A DNA stretch of 61,225 nucleotides from a virus (IMGVR_UViG_3300048838_000781:1-61225), one strand, 5' to 3'; positions 45,310-56,105 are shown, counted from the stretch's first letter. Program-made: numbers and translations. The notes: generated from the letters alone by a model not told the origin.

Positions 45310-45545
45310 TGCTCATTCGAAAACTCTCGTCTCTGCGCAGCGGGCGGATCAGCAAGACCAAGGCCGCGGCGGTCGTCACCGCGGCTACCGGGTTTGCGAT
45401 CGCCATGGGCTGGATCGACATCGGCGAGGAGCAGCGCACCGCGCTCGAGCTTCTCGTGGTGGCCGTGATCGCGCTCTTCCTGCGCGACGGCATCGACGAA
45501 CGACACAACGACTCGGCCGCCTCCGACGCGGCGAAAGGGGGCTGA
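45309..45545 (+). CDS. Small 2-TM protein (putative holin)
   Basis: Two hydrophobic helices and FLRDGI. Confidence 0.55.
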   Translation: MLIRKLSSLRSGRISKTKAAAVVTAATGFAIAMGWIDIGEEQRTALELLVVAVIALFLRDGIDERHNDSAASDAAKGG

Positions 45546-45546
45546 C

Positions 45547-46713
45547 ATGCCACTCGGCGCACTCGACTACTCCGCACTCCAGATGGCCTACGCCATCGAG
45601 AGCACCTTCGGCACCGCTCCCGGCGGCAACTACAAGGTGCTGAACCTCTCCGACGAGAACATCAAGGGCAACCCGACCAAGCAGCGCAGCGGCACGGCCA
45701 AGAGCAATCGCCTCAAGGGCAAGCGCAAGCGCCTGGCCGTCGACGGCGGCGGGCCGATCAACTTCAACATGCTCTTCGGCACCCAGTTCGAGGACATGCT
45801 GGGGCTCGCCCTCTGCTCCACCTGGTCGACCCCGCTCGCGATCTCGTCGACCGCGATCAGCTTCGTTGCCTCGGACAACTCGATCAACGGCACCGGCCTT
45901 TTCGGATCCGTCACCGTCGGCCAGGTGATCAAGATCGGCGGGGCCGCGACCGGTGGGAACAACGGGTTCGCCCTGGTCGTGTCTGCCACCGCGGACAAGG
46001 TGGTGGTGGCCTGGCTCACGATCACTGACGAGGCCGCCGGAGCGACCGTCACCGTCACCGGGTCGGTGATCTCCAAGGGCGCGACCAAGCGCTCGGCCAC
46101 CTTCCAGCGCCGTCACACCGACGCCTCGACCAAGCCCTACCAGATCATCACCGGCAACCGCCTCAACACCCTCGGCCTCCGGTTCAACTTCCGCGAGTTC
46201 ATCACGGCAACGGCCGAGTTCATGGGGCTGATGCCCGGTCCCCGCACGGCCACCCCGGCGGCCTCGGGCTACACCACCGAGGACCTCGGCGAGGACCTCG
46301 ACGTCTCGAACAACATGAAGCTGTTCCGCTACGACGGCGCGATCAGCGGCAACGTCCGTGGTGTCGAGCTGAACTGGGCGAACAACATGGAGTACGTCCC
46401 GGTCGCACAGACCCCGAGCCCGGATGACATCAGCCTCGGCGACATCGACCTCACCGGCCGGTTCAGCGCCTACGTCCTCGACGGCGCGGCCTTCCTCGAC
46501 GACGCGTACGACGACACCGAGGTCGCTCTCACCTGGTCGGTCCAGCCCGCAACCGGCGGCGCCTACTTCTTCCACATCCCCGTCCTGACCTTCAACGAGG
46601 TCGGCGATCAGGGCAAGAGCGCGGCGCGCGGCCCGTGCATGGTCGACCTCAACTGGGAGGCGGAGGAGGACAGCGCCGGCCAGATCCTCTACGTCTCCAA
46701 GCACGCTGCGTGA
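45547..46713 (+). CDS. Major tail tube protein
   Basis: AIESTFGTAP...GGPINF...ITGNR..TL...; upstream of tail chaperones. Confidence 0.85.
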   Translation: MPLGALDYSALQMAYAIESTFGTAPGGNYKVLNLSDENIKGNPTKQRSGTAKSNRLKGKRKRLAVDGGGPINFNMLFGTQFEDMLGLALCSTWSTPLAISSTAISFVASDNSINGTGLFGSVTVGQVIKIGGAATGGNNGFALVVSATADKVVVAWLTITDEAAGATVTVTGSVISKGATKRSATFQRRHTDASTKPYQIITGNRLNTLGLRFNFREFITATAEFMGLMPGPRTATPAASGYTTEDLGEDLDVSNNMKLFRYDGAISGNVRGVELNWANNMEYVPVAQTPSPDDISLGDIDLTGRFSAYVLDGAAFLDDAYDDTEVALTWSVQPATGGAYFFHIPVLTFNEVGDQGKSAARGPCMVDLNWEAEEDSAGQILYVSKHAA

Positions 46714-46718
46714 TCTCT

Positions 46719-46757
46719 CGGGCCGGGCTCTCTCGCCTCCGAGCTGAGCCCGGCCCG
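46719..46757 (+). terminator. Stem-loop after the tail tube gene
   Basis: 12-bp inverted repeat CGGGCCGGGCTC/GAGCCCGGCCCG; no U-tail. Confidence 0.4.
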
Positions 46758-46825
46758 TCGCGATACCCGGCCCGGCGATGGTCGCAGGGCTGGAACGGAT
46801 CGGAACGGCTACAGGAAAGGAAATC

Positions 46826-47272
46826 GTGAGCACCAACACCACGCAAAGCACCTTCGACCTCATCACGGGCAACTACGGCGCTGAGAACGCCAACGCCGAC
46901 ACCGGCGTTTGGCTGCAGGAGCCGAGCCTCGGCGAGAACGTGGAGGTGCTGATCGCTCGTATCGGCAACCCGGACTTCGAGCGGATGATGGACTCGATCA
47001 CTACGCCCTACGACCGCAAGCGCAAGCCCGTGCCCCGCAAAGTCCTGCGCGAGGCGATGCCGAAGGTCTACGCGGCGACGATCTGGCGAGGCATCCGCGG
47101 CTTGCCCGAGGGCATGGCTGAGCCGAACCAGGCCGAGCGCGAGCTTGCCCTGCGCAAGAGCCCGCGCTGGTTCGATCGCGTCCACGATCTGGCCGACGAG
47201 CTGAACGACGGCGTGACAGAGGAGAAGGAGGCCGCGCTGGGAAACTCCTCGACGTCCTCCGCTGGGGCGTAG
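46826..47272 (+). CDS. Tail assembly chaperone (gpG-like)
   Basis: GVW...IARIGNPDF...LGNS; AGGAAAGG RBS. Confidence 0.8.
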   Translation: MSTNTTQSTFDLITGNYGAENANADTGVWLQEPSLGENVEVLIARIGNPDFERMMDSITTPYDRKRKPVPRKVLREAMPKVYAATIWRGIRGLPEGMAEPNQAERELALRKSPRWFDRVHDLADELNDGVTEEKEAALGNSSTSSAGA

Positions 47273-47646
47273 AGCACGACGAAGAGGCGATCGCCTTCTT
47301 TGACTCGATCACGGATGAGAACCCCGACACCCCGACACCGCTGGACGATCGGCCCGAGCTCTGGACCTCGAATCAGGCTCATTGGTCGGCGTTCGTCTAC
47401 GTGTCGGGGTTCAGCGGCGGGATGGGCGGAGGCGCCTCATACGAAGCGCTCGAGGGCTGGCTGCGCAACCACGAGCAACGCATCGATCACGCGACACGAC
47501 TGGAGATCCTGGAATGGGTTCCCGTGTTGCTGAGAGAAGCGGCGCAGCTGTCTCGAGCCAAGGCCGAGGCGGAGGTGGAGCGCAAGAGGGCGTCGACCAG
47601 GTCCGCGCCGAGCTCCAGGAGACCGCAGTCGCGCTCGCGCGAGTGA
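47239..47646 (+). CDS. -1 frameshift extension of the chaperone (gpGT-like)
   Basis: Slippery G GGA AAC at 47239-47245; -1 frame open to 47646 (...RPELW...AHWSAF). Confidence 0.75.
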   Translation, partial: GKLLDVLRWGVEHDEEAIAFFDSITDENPDTPTPLDDRPELWTSNQAHWSAFVYVSGFSGGMGGGASYEALEGWLRNHEQRIDHATRLEILEWVPVLLREAAQLSRAKAEAEVERKRASTRSAPSSRRPQSRSRE

Positions 47647-47984
47647 TCGACGATCCGGCGGTCATCGCGCAGAAGCTCGGGGAAGAGGTCGCGCGACGAT
47701 GGCCTGACCGGGTCCGGTCTGCCTGGTGGATCACGGTGACCGGTGACCCTCGACGCGACAAGGGCATCGAGATCGAGATCCTCCGGCGGCCGGTCGGTCG
47801 GTTCGAGTCGCTGCGCTTGTCCGCGGTCGTGGGCAGGGAGACGTACGGGGCTGGCTTGTTCGCCGACGTGTGGGAGGGCGAGGCGGCCGGTCGATACGTG
47901 ACGGCCAGCGTCGGCATCGGCGGCGCGAAACCCTATGCCGGGGGACGCTGGGAGGCGTTTGTCGGCGTCAGCGTGAGGTTCTGA
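47643..47984 (+). CDS. Beta-rich hypothetical protein ending in VGVSVRF (start uncertain)
   Basis: Alternating hydrophobic pattern, terminal Phe. Confidence 0.5.
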   Translation: MIDDPAVIAQKLGEEVARRWPDRVRSAWWITVTGDPRRDKGIEIEILRRPVGRFESLRLSAVVGRETYGAGLFADVWEGEAAGRYVTASVGIGGAKPYAGGRWEAFVGVSVRF

Positions 47985-47985
47985 C

Positions 47986-50900
47986 GTGGCCGCTGGGGGG
48001 TTCCTTGCACTCCTCGGCCTCGGGATCGACGCGAGCCCCGCCACCAAGGGGGCGCGGGAGTTCGAGGACGCCGCGGGCCGCGCCACGCGCGCCGGCGAGA
48101 AGGCCACCGACGCGGCCGAGAGGCAGACGCGGGCATACGAGCGTCAGGAGCGCGGCGCCAAGGCTCTCGCGACGGCCTTGCGAAACACCGCCGTTGCTGC
48201 CATTGCCCTGTATTCGGCAACGGTTGGAGCCGCTCTAGCTCAAAGCACGCGGTTCGAGTCAGCTCTCACTGGCGTGGGCAAGACGGCGAACTTGCAGGGC
48301 CGAGAGCTTGCCGCCCTTGGGGAGCAGATCGACCGGCTTTCGCGTACCAAGCTGCCCAACACCGCGACCGATTTGCTCGCGATCGCACAGAGCGCCGGCC
48401 AACTCGGCGTCACCGGTGCCGAGAACATCCTCGCGTTCACCGAGACGATCGCCATGCTGGGCACCGCGAGCGATCTCGTCGGCGAGGAAGGCGCAACGGC
48501 ACTCGCGCGGATCCTCAACGTCACGGGGGAATCCGCTTCAACCGTGAAGACGCTGGCCTCGGTCATCGTCGAACTCGGAAACAACTTCGCTGCCGGCGAG
48601 AGCCAAATCGCCCGCCATACCGGTGAGGTCGCCAGAGCGACGGCCGTCTATGAGATCGGGAGCGCACGGGCTGCTGCGATTGCCACCACTTTGGCCGCGT
48701 TCGGCGTTCAAGCTGAGCTTTCCGGCTCGGCCGTGGGACGCGCGTTTCGGACGATCGAGAGCGCGGTCAAGAACGGCGGCGATGAGCTGTCCGCGCTCGC
48801 CTCTGTGAGCAGGGCAAGCGCCGACGAGGTAAGGTCTGCCTGGGAGAAGGGCCCCATCGAAGCCTTCAAGCTCTTCCTCTCAGGCGTCCGGGAGACCATC
48901 CGCGAAGGCGGCAACGTTGCGGCGGCGCTCGACCAGGTCGGTCTGAGCGGTGAGGAGGTACTGAAGGTCCTGCCAGTGATGGGCAAGGAGCTCGACACCC
49001 TGAATCGCGCCCTCGGGCTGGCGGCGGAACAGACAGCGAACGCGACGGCCCTCGATCGCGAGTTCGCCGCTCAGATGGGCGACGCGAAGAACCAAGTGGC
49101 CCTTCTTCGCAACGAAGCCAATTCGTTCGTGAGAGCGATCGGCGATCAGATGCTCCCAGCGTTCGTTGAAGTGATCCAGGGGACTCGGGAGTGGTTCTCG
49201 GAGAACCGCGGGCTCGCCGAGTCTCTTGGAAACATTGGTAGCGCGCTACTTGAGGTCGTGGGTAGCCTGGGGCCGTCAATCGGAAGTCTCGCCGCAAACC
49301 TCGACGTGCTTGCGGGCGCCGCCGCGGCGATCGCGCTGACGAAACTGCCCGCCTGGTTGGCCGCGGTCAACGTTCAGCTTGCGGCGATGTCCTTCAATCC
49401 CGTGATCGTCGGGGTCACCGCCGCGGCAGCTGCCATCTTGCTCCTGCGCAGCACGATGGATGGCTACGTGGAGTCGTCCGATCGCCAGATCGCCGCGATG
49501 GTTGACCAGACCAGCGCCGTTTCTGATCTGCGCAATGCGGTATCCCAAGCCGCAGCAGCCGGCGACGTTCAAGGCATCGACGCGAAGGCGGCAGAAGCTC
49601 GTGCGTTGGCGGAAGAGGCGAGGCAGCGGGTTCAGGATCTTGAGACCGCGAGGGCAAGAATCGTCGAAGCCATCGAAAAGGCCCGAAGCAGAGGCGAGGC
49701 AAACACGGTCATTTTCCTCGAGAACGGCGCCCTGAAGAACGTCATCCTCGATCTCAATCGGGCGACCGTGGAGTGGGGGTTGTTCTCGCAGGCTGCTCGT
49801 GACGCAAATGAGGAGTCTGAGAGGGCCCAACGATCAAACGCCGAAGCTGCCGCAGCGGCGAAACTGGCCGCAGAGGAGCGCAAGCGTCAGCTCGCTCAAG
49901 AGGAGGCTCAGCGACGCGCTCAACAGCAGGCCGAGCAGATCAGGAGCGCGGTCTCCTCCCTGAAAGAGCAAATCCTTCAGACCGAGCTTCTCGCTGCAGC
50001 TCAGGGCAGAGGCGCCGCCGCTGAAGCGGCCGCGGCACGCGAAATCGCGGTCCGCAACGCCGCGCTGCAGGCCGGGATCAAGCCCACCAAGGATGCCTCG
50101 TCTGCCGTCGAGCAGCTCGCCGCGAAGCTCTTCGACCTCCAGCAGAAGATGAAGGAAGAGGAGGCGCTAGAAAAGGCTCGTGCGGATGCTGCAAAGCTGG
50201 TCGATCGGGCTCTGAAAAGCCTCTCCGATGAGCAAGCCCGGCAAGTCACCCTGACGGGCAAGAAGATCGCCGCACAGCTTGCGGCCGTCAATGCCGCACA
50301 ACTCGAAGCCGAGCACGAAGAGATGCTCGTCCAGAAGCGCAATGAGGGTGCGGCAGCCCTTCGCGACTACCTGATCGAGTACGAGACCATGCGGCGTGCG
50401 GCCGCAGCTGGTCTCACCGGCGCAAACGACGCCGAGATCGCCCGGATCAACGAGATTCGGGATGCCGTAACCAGCATCTTCAACTCTCGCGAACAGCAGG
50501 CAGCGATCGACGCGTGGCAGGCGAAGCTCGATGGTGTTGCCGATGGCATCGGCAGAGCCTTCGGCGACGCGTTCGCCGAGATGGCCTACACCCAAGAGTT
50601 CGAGTTCGGGCGAATGCTCGAAAACATGCTCGCCCAGTTCGTCGAGTTCTTGGCCGACCAGCTCGCGCTGTGGGTCGCAAACCAGATCAAGATGGCTGCG
50701 GCCTCCTACGCCACCGGCGGCGGTGGTGGCGGCGGGATCAACGCGGGTCAGGTGGCCGGGTCTATCGGCGGCGGGGGCGGCACCAGCATGACCGCAGCCA
50801 GCGCTGGGACTCTTGCGGTCGTGGGCATCTTCGCCGCAGCGGCCTACGCCTGGTACAACGATCGCCAGCACGACTACACCCGCATCGAGTCCGCGATCAG

Positions 50901-53844
50901 GGACATCGAGGACGTGTTTGGCGCCCTGTCGGACACCCTTGGTCAGTACCTCCCCGTCCTCGCCGGTCAGGTCGAAGTACGCAAGGACGGCGATCGATAC
51001 CGGTCCCGCGTGGGATTCGACGACGGGTCGGCGGGCTACGCCTACTTCGACGAGTACGGCGACGCGATCGCCGCGGCGACCCTTTCCGGTCTCCGCGAGG
51101 CCCTCGGGCAGGCCGATCGGTTCTACGCGGGGCCCCTCGCACACCTGGGCGAGTCGGCGAAGGCAGTCATCGCCGGGATCACCGACGAGATCATCGCGAT
51201 GGGTCAGGGCGGGGTCGCCTGGCTCCAGGAGGGGCTCGAGCTTGCCCGCCGTCTCGACGAGCTGGGGATGTCGGACATGGAGCGCCAGCTCGCGGAGTTG
51301 CGTCGCGAGTATGACGAGAACATCCGCAAGGCCGGCGAGTACGGCCTCAGCTTGCAGAAGGTCGGCGACCTCTACCAGAGCCAGCTCTCCAGCTTGAGCG
51401 ATTCGCTCCGGGCCCGCATCGCCCAGTACCTGCCCGGCTACGACCCTGTGGGCGATGAGTTCGACCAGATCCGGCGAGACAACGACGCGATCCGGGCTGC
51501 CTATGAGCGTCAACGCGAGGAACTCCAGGCGCACATCGAGCAGGTCATGAAGACCATCGAGCGTCTGTCGAGCGGCATCGGTGGTGGTGGCGGCTCGGCT
51601 GGTGGAGGACTCGCTGGCGCCTTCAACCAGATCGACGTCTACATGCAGCAAATGATGATGATGATGAGCGCTGGAGGACCAGGATTCTCCAGCGTCGGCG
51701 AGCAGATCGCCATCATCGGCGACATGTTCGACGCGCTCGGCACGATCGCCAACAGCGGCGGTTTGCAGCCGGATGCCGTTGCCAGAATCGAAGAGCAGCG
51801 CAAGCTCCTTGCCGACCTCATGCGGCAGCTGGGCGAGTTCAACAACGGCGGCCTGACCGACGAGGAGATCAACGCGGCCGAACGCGAGGCACGCCGCCGG
51901 CAGAACCGCGGCAACCGTGCCGCCGAACGGTCGGCCTACGAGGACCAGCTGCGAGCCATCGCCGACTCGGCGCTCCCCGACCTCGTCTCCCAGCTCAAGG
52001 CAACCCAGGACCAGATCGCCGAGGTTGCGGCCGAGGCTGCTCGTCTGGGGGTCAACGGCGACCTCAGCGCGGCGGCTCTCGCTGCTCTGAATCAGCAGCT
52101 AAGCGAGCAGGCCCAGGACGCCTATCTCTCCCTCGCTGAGCGAATGGCTCAAGCCATTGGAGATGAGCAGACGCTCGCCGAACTTGCGGAACTGCGTTGG
52201 GACCTGGAGCGGGCTCAGATGCTCATCCAGATCAACATGCTGGAGGAGATGGGCTTCCTCCAAGCCGATCAGATCGAGCGGCTCCGGGCCCTGTACAACA
52301 ACCTTCCCGACGACCTGCCAGCGGCAAACGATCCAGGCGCCGATGACGGCCCGACTGGCCAGGGATTCGGCATTGACCTCGATGGTCTTCTCGCCCAATA
52401 CGAAGCCATCCAGCGCGTGGGTTCAGCGGTCGACGCTCTGACCAACGGGTCCAAGGTTCTCGACATTGAGTTGGGGGCCCTCGTCAAGAAGATCAAGGAG
52501 ATGGACGATGCGACCCGACAGTTTGTCGGGAACCAGCTATTCCTCCAGTTCGGAGACCAGCTGCTCGCATTCATCGAACGGTACTACGGCAACACGAAGG
52601 AAGGCGATCAGCTTCGAATTGCGCTCGAGCAAGTCCGCTTCCATCTGGAGCTTGCCAACCTCAACATGCAGTTCCAGCTCCTCAAGTCGCTTGGGATCCT
52701 CACGCAGGAACAGATCGATCTCGTCGAAGGCGCGCTCGGGATCATCAACGACCCCGCCAACTGGCCCGACTTCACGGTTCCCGCAACTCCTCCAGTCTCG
52801 TACGATCCGGGCCCCGGCCTCGACGACCGAGCAGCCGAGCTGGAACGCTTCTTCGAGGCTCTCGCGCGGTGGGAGCAGCTTGGACTCTCCGACGCTCGCC
52901 GCGAGCTGATGGACCTGCGCGAGGAGTTCGACGAGCTGCGCGCAACCGCCATCCGGCTGGGACAGTCCGTCTCGCGCGTCGACGCGGCCTACCAGACCGC
53001 GATGGCAGACTTCTGGGACCGGACCCTCGCCCCGTACGAGGATCGCGCCGAGACGGCGAGCGATCGCCTGCAGGCTATCCGCGATCACTTCGCCGAGCTG
53101 ATCGATCTCGCCGGCGAGTACGGCGGGGACCTCGAGCGCATCCTGGCTGCCCAGCAGCAGGCCGTCGCCGACCTGTGGGACGAGATCCTCGGACCCCTGC
53201 GGGACTACCAGAGCCAGCTGATCGGCTCGGCTCTCTCTGGAGCCACGCCCGAGGAACGCCTGCTCGCCGCGCAGGCCGACTTCCAGCGCCTGGCCGACGC
53301 CGCGTTGAGTGGCGACGTCAACGCGATCCAGCAGCTGCCGGCGGCGATTCAGGCATTGCTCCAGGAGGCGCAGAGCTACTACGGCACCGGTGCCGCGTAC
53401 CAGGCGCTCTACTCGTCGATCCAGTCGATCATCGACCAGATCCTGGGGCTCGGCGGGATCGCCGGCGCTGGCGGCGTGATCCCTGGCGATCGCGGACCGG
53501 TCTTCGATCGGCCGGGTGGCGTCGACATCGGCGGACTGGTGCCGCGGATCCCCCAGCAGCCGCTCCTGCCGCAGGTGGCCCAGGCATCGGACTCTGAGAC
53601 GGTGCGCCTGCTGCGCTCGCAGCTCGAGGAGTCGAAGAAGCAGATCGAGGAGCAGCGCCGGATCAATCGCGAGCAGGCTCGTCTGCTGACCGAGATGGTG
53701 GTCGAGATGCGCCGCACACGCGAGGAGACGGTCGAGATGAAGCGTGAGTTGTTCGCGCTCTCGCAGGTCCAGCGTCGCACCAATACCGCGATTGAGGATC
53801 AGGCCCGGACCAAGGCCACCAAGCGGAGCGCGGACGCGGCATGA
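47986..53844 (+). CDS. Tape measure protein (TP901-like N-terminal core)
   Basis: 1952 aa, Ala-rich helical; FESALTGVGKT...AGQLGV...LGNNFAAGESQI. Confidence 0.93.
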   Translation: MAAGGFLALLGLGIDASPATKGAREFEDAAGRATRAGEKATDAAERQTRAYERQERGAKALATALRNTAVAAIALYSATVGAALAQSTRFESALTGVGKTANLQGRELAALGEQIDRLSRTKLPNTATDLLAIAQSAGQLGVTGAENILAFTETIAMLGTASDLVGEEGATALARILNVTGESASTVKTLASVIVELGNNFAAGESQIARHTGEVARATAVYEIGSARAAAIATTLAAFGVQAELSGSAVGRAFRTIESAVKNGGDELSALASVSRASADEVRSAWEKGPIEAFKLFLSGVRETIREGGNVAAALDQVGLSGEEVLKVLPVMGKELDTLNRALGLAAEQTANATALDREFAAQMGDAKNQVALLRNEANSFVRAIGDQMLPAFVEVIQGTREWFSENRGLAESLGNIGSALLEVVGSLGPSIGSLAANLDVLAGAAAAIALTKLPAWLAAVNVQLAAMSFNPVIVGVTAAAAAILLLRSTMDGYVESSDRQIAAMVDQTSAVSDLRNAVSQAAAAGDVQGIDAKAAEARALAEEARQRVQDLETARARIVEAIEKARSRGEANTVIFLENGALKNVILDLNRATVEWGLFSQAARDANEESERAQRSNAEAAAAAKLAAEERKRQLAQEEAQRRAQQQAEQIRSAVSSLKEQILQTELLAAAQGRGAAAEAAAAREIAVRNAALQAGIKPTKDASSAVEQLAAKLFDLQQKMKEEEALEKARADAAKLVDRALKSLSDEQARQVTLTGKKIAAQLAAVNAAQLEAEHEEMLVQKRNEGAAALRDYLIEYETMRRAAAAGLTGANDAEIARINEIRDAVTSIFNSREQQAAIDAWQAKLDGVADGIGRAFGDAFAEMAYTQEFEFGRMLENMLAQFVEFLADQLALWVANQIKMAAASYATGGGGGGGINAGQVAGSIGGGGGTSMTAASAGTLAVVGIFAAAAYAWYNDRQHDYTRIESAIRDIEDVFGALSDTLGQYLPVLAGQVEVRKDGDRYRSRVGFDDGSAGYAYFDEYGDAIAAATLSGLREALGQADRFYAGPLAHLGESAKAVIAGITDEIIAMGQGGVAWLQEGLELARRLDELGMSDMERQLAELRREYDENIRKAGEYGLSLQKVGDLYQSQLSSLSDSLRARIAQYLPGYDPVGDEFDQIRRDNDAIRAAYERQREELQAHIEQVMKTIERLSSGIGGGGGSAGGGLAGAFNQIDVYMQQMMMMMSAGGPGFSSVGEQIAIIGDMFDALGTIANSGGLQPDAVARIEEQRKLLADLMRQLGEFNNGGLTDEEINAAEREARRRQNRGNRAAERSAYEDQLRAIADSALPDLVSQLKATQDQIAEVAAEAARLGVNGDLSAAALAALNQQLSEQAQDAYLSLAERMAQAIGDEQTLAELAELRWDLERAQMLIQINMLEEMGFLQADQIERLRALYNNLPDDLPAANDPGADDGPTGQGFGIDLDGLLAQYEAIQRVGSAVDALTNGSKVLDIELGALVKKIKEMDDATRQFVGNQLFLQFGDQLLAFIERYYGNTKEGDQLRIALEQVRFHLELANLNMQFQLLKSLGILTQEQIDLVEGALGIINDPANWPDFTVPATPPVSYDPGPGLDDRAAELERFFEALARWEQLGLSDARRELMDLREEFDELRATAIRLGQSVSRVDAAYQTAMADFWDRTLAPYEDRAETASDRLQAIRDHFAELIDLAGEYGGDLERILAAQQQAVADLWDEILGPLRDYQSQLIGSALSGATPEERLLAAQADFQRLADAALSGDVNAIQQLPAAIQALLQEAQSYYGTGAAYQALYSSIQSIIDQILGLGGIAGAGGVIPGDRGPVFDRPGGVDIGGLVPRIPQQPLLPQVAQASDSETVRLLRSQLEESKKQIEEQRRINREQARLLTEMVVEMRRTREETVEMKRELFALSQVQRRTNTAIEDQARTKATKRSADAA

Positions 53845-56105
53845 TCCCTGGCGTCACTCCCGGAGCGACCTATCCGCTCTCGACCCTCCCGGCCGAGTAC
53901 GACGAGAGCGTCCCGAATCCCCTGCGGGAGCTGCTCGCTCTCTCGCAGGTCGATCGGCAGTACCTCCTCATCGCTCGGCCCAAGGATCCGGCCACCGGCA
54001 ACGAGGTGACGGTGCGGATCTCGTCGGCCGGCTACGCGTCGATGCCGGGCGACGTGGACGGCGTGGTCCACTTCCCGGTCGGCCTCGTCTCGCCGTACAA
54101 CGTGCGCGTCTCCCTCGTCTCTGGCGGCAGGTTCACCGGATCAGTGGCGATCCCTGCCTTCGGCGACATCACGATCGCGAATCCCAAGGATGCGTCCGGA
54201 TCGGGCCGCTTCGACTCGATCCTCGGCTACTCGTGGGAGGGCGCCCCGATCGAGATCTACCTCGGCCGCAAGAGGTACATGGGCCCCGAGTTCTCGACGT
54301 TCGGGCGCATCTTCCGTGGTCGAGCGGCTTCGATCTCCCACGACTTCGACGCGATATCGATCTCGATTCGAGACCTCGCCAAGGCGTTCGATCGCAAGGT
54401 CACGACCAGGACCTACCGTGGCTTCACGGCGGCCGTGCGGTTCGACTCGACTGACTCGATCTCGCTGGGTTCGCCAGCGAGCCTCAACAGTCTGAACTCG
54501 CTTACCTTCGAGTTCTGGATTCGACTTGCTGCCCTTCCGCCGGCCAACCGATTCATCTGCGGGTGGGTGGGGTCGGCGCCGTACCCATATCGTTTCCTGG
54601 TGACCCCAACTGGCGCGCTGCAAATGCATCGGAACGGCGGCTCCTTCACGGCGGGAGAAACGACCACGACACTGTCGGCCGGGAAGCTCTACCACGTGGC
54701 CTACTCGTTCAACGATACGGCGCTCAGCGTCCACATCTACGACGACGCGACTGGCGAGACAACCACCGAATCGTTCACTCTTACTTCATTCTCCGGCCCC
54801 ACGTCCGCAGCGACCCTCACCTTCGGCGGCGGCACTGGGCCTGTGAACGCCGACTTCTGGGAGTACCGGTTCTGGAGCTCGGCCCTCACCGCCGACCAGA
54901 TCGCCGCCCGTCGAGATCGCCGCCTCGAAGGCACCGAGGCCGGTCTCTTGGCCTACTACCCGGCGGACACCGGCACGGGCTCCACTCTGTTCGATGAAGG
55001 ACCCAGTGGAATCAACGGCACGATCAGCGGCACGACGTGGGTCGGATCGCTCGAGGGCGGGCCGGAGCTTGCCGGCCGCAGTCGGCCACGGGTGTGGGGG
55101 ATGCGTCGCCAGCTCCCGGCCCACCTCGTGGACGCTCAGCGACTGGTCTACCAGGTCAACGACGGTCCGACGGAATCGATCGAGCCCTTCGAGCAGGGTC
55201 TCTCCGGCGTCTGGACGTACGACGGAGACTCAGCCGACATCTACGGCACGACTCCGGCGGCAGGGCACTACAGCACCGACCTCTCGCGCGGGCTGTTCCG
55301 CCTTGGCTCTTCAAGCGGCAAGACGATCACGGCGGACGTCGAAGGGGACAATGTCGGCGGTTACGTCGAGACGACCGCCGACATCATCGAGCGGATCGTG
55401 ACGACCGAGGGCGCTCTGACCGGCGACGACTACGATCTCGGGAGCTTCTCGGCTCTCAACACGGCCAACGCGTCGGTCGCCGGAGCCTACTCCGGCCTCG
55501 AGGCTGCCAAGCTGAGCGACCTGCTCACCGAGTTGATGGCCGGAGTCGGTGGATGGTGGGCGTTCTCCCGCGAGGGCGTGCTCGAGCTAGGCATCCGCTC
55601 TCTGCCATCCGTCGCCGATGTCCGACTCACCCGTCGGGAGATCCGCGAGGGTTCACTGCGGCGGAGCACCAGCGTCGCGCCGGTGACCAGGGTCACGATG
55701 TCCTACCGGCCCTACGCGGTCACGCAGCGGCCCGACAATCTCAACACGTCCCTCACCGATGCCCAGAAGGCGGACCTCGGTAAGGCGGTACGCCTCGTCC
55801 AGACGCACCTGGTGCCGTCCGATTCGCCTGACTCGGAGCCAGTCGAGCGCGAAACGCAGTTCGACGACGAGAAGGCGGCGCAGATCGAGGCCGACCGCCA
55901 GTTCGCGATGGACGTGCAGCGGCAGGAAGTCTGGGAGGTCCACCTCACTGAGGGACTGTTCCAGTACTGGATCGGAACGCCCGTTGAGGTCATCGCCGAT
56001 CGCTTCGACCTGTCGGATCCGGATGCCCCGGTGTGGCTCGTGGTCGGGCTCACAGAGGACGCGGCCACCGATCAGATCTCGATCACGCTTTGGGGAGTCA
56101 AGTAG
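53841..56105 (+). CDS. Tail tip/hub protein with inserted LamG-like domain
   Basis: FGDITIANP..GRFD, LEGGPELAGR.RPRVWG; insert TFEFWIR...YRFWSSALTADQI...LLAYY. Confidence 0.8.
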   Translation: MIPGVTPGATYPLSTLPAEYDESVPNPLRELLALSQVDRQYLLIARPKDPATGNEVTVRISSAGYASMPGDVDGVVHFPVGLVSPYNVRVSLVSGGRFTGSVAIPAFGDITIANPKDASGSGRFDSILGYSWEGAPIEIYLGRKRYMGPEFSTFGRIFRGRAASISHDFDAISISIRDLAKAFDRKVTTRTYRGFTAAVRFDSTDSISLGSPASLNSLNSLTFEFWIRLAALPPANRFICGWVGSAPYPYRFLVTPTGALQMHRNGGSFTAGETTTTLSAGKLYHVAYSFNDTALSVHIYDDATGETTTESFTLTSFSGPTSAATLTFGGGTGPVNADFWEYRFWSSALTADQIAARRDRRLEGTEAGLLAYYPADTGTGSTLFDEGPSGINGTISGTTWVGSLEGGPELAGRSRPRVWGMRRQLPAHLVDAQRLVYQVNDGPTESIEPFEQGLSGVWTYDGDSADIYGTTPAAGHYSTDLSRGLFRLGSSSGKTITADVEGDNVGGYVETTADIIERIVTTEGALTGDDYDLGSFSALNTANASVAGAYSGLEAAKLSDLLTELMAGVGGWWAFSREGVLELGIRSLPSVADVRLTRREIREGSLRRSTSVAPVTRVTMSYRPYAVTQRPDNLNTSLTDAQKADLGKAVRLVQTHLVPSDSPDSEPVERETQFDDEKAAQIEADRQFAMDVQRQEVWEVHLTEGLFQYWIGTPVEVIADRFDLSDPDAPVWLVVGLTEDAATDQISITLWGVK

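Noticed and set aside
51642-51670. ATG run encoding MQQMMMMM in the tape measure gene
   Set aside because: Short in-frame triplet repeat with no evident consequence
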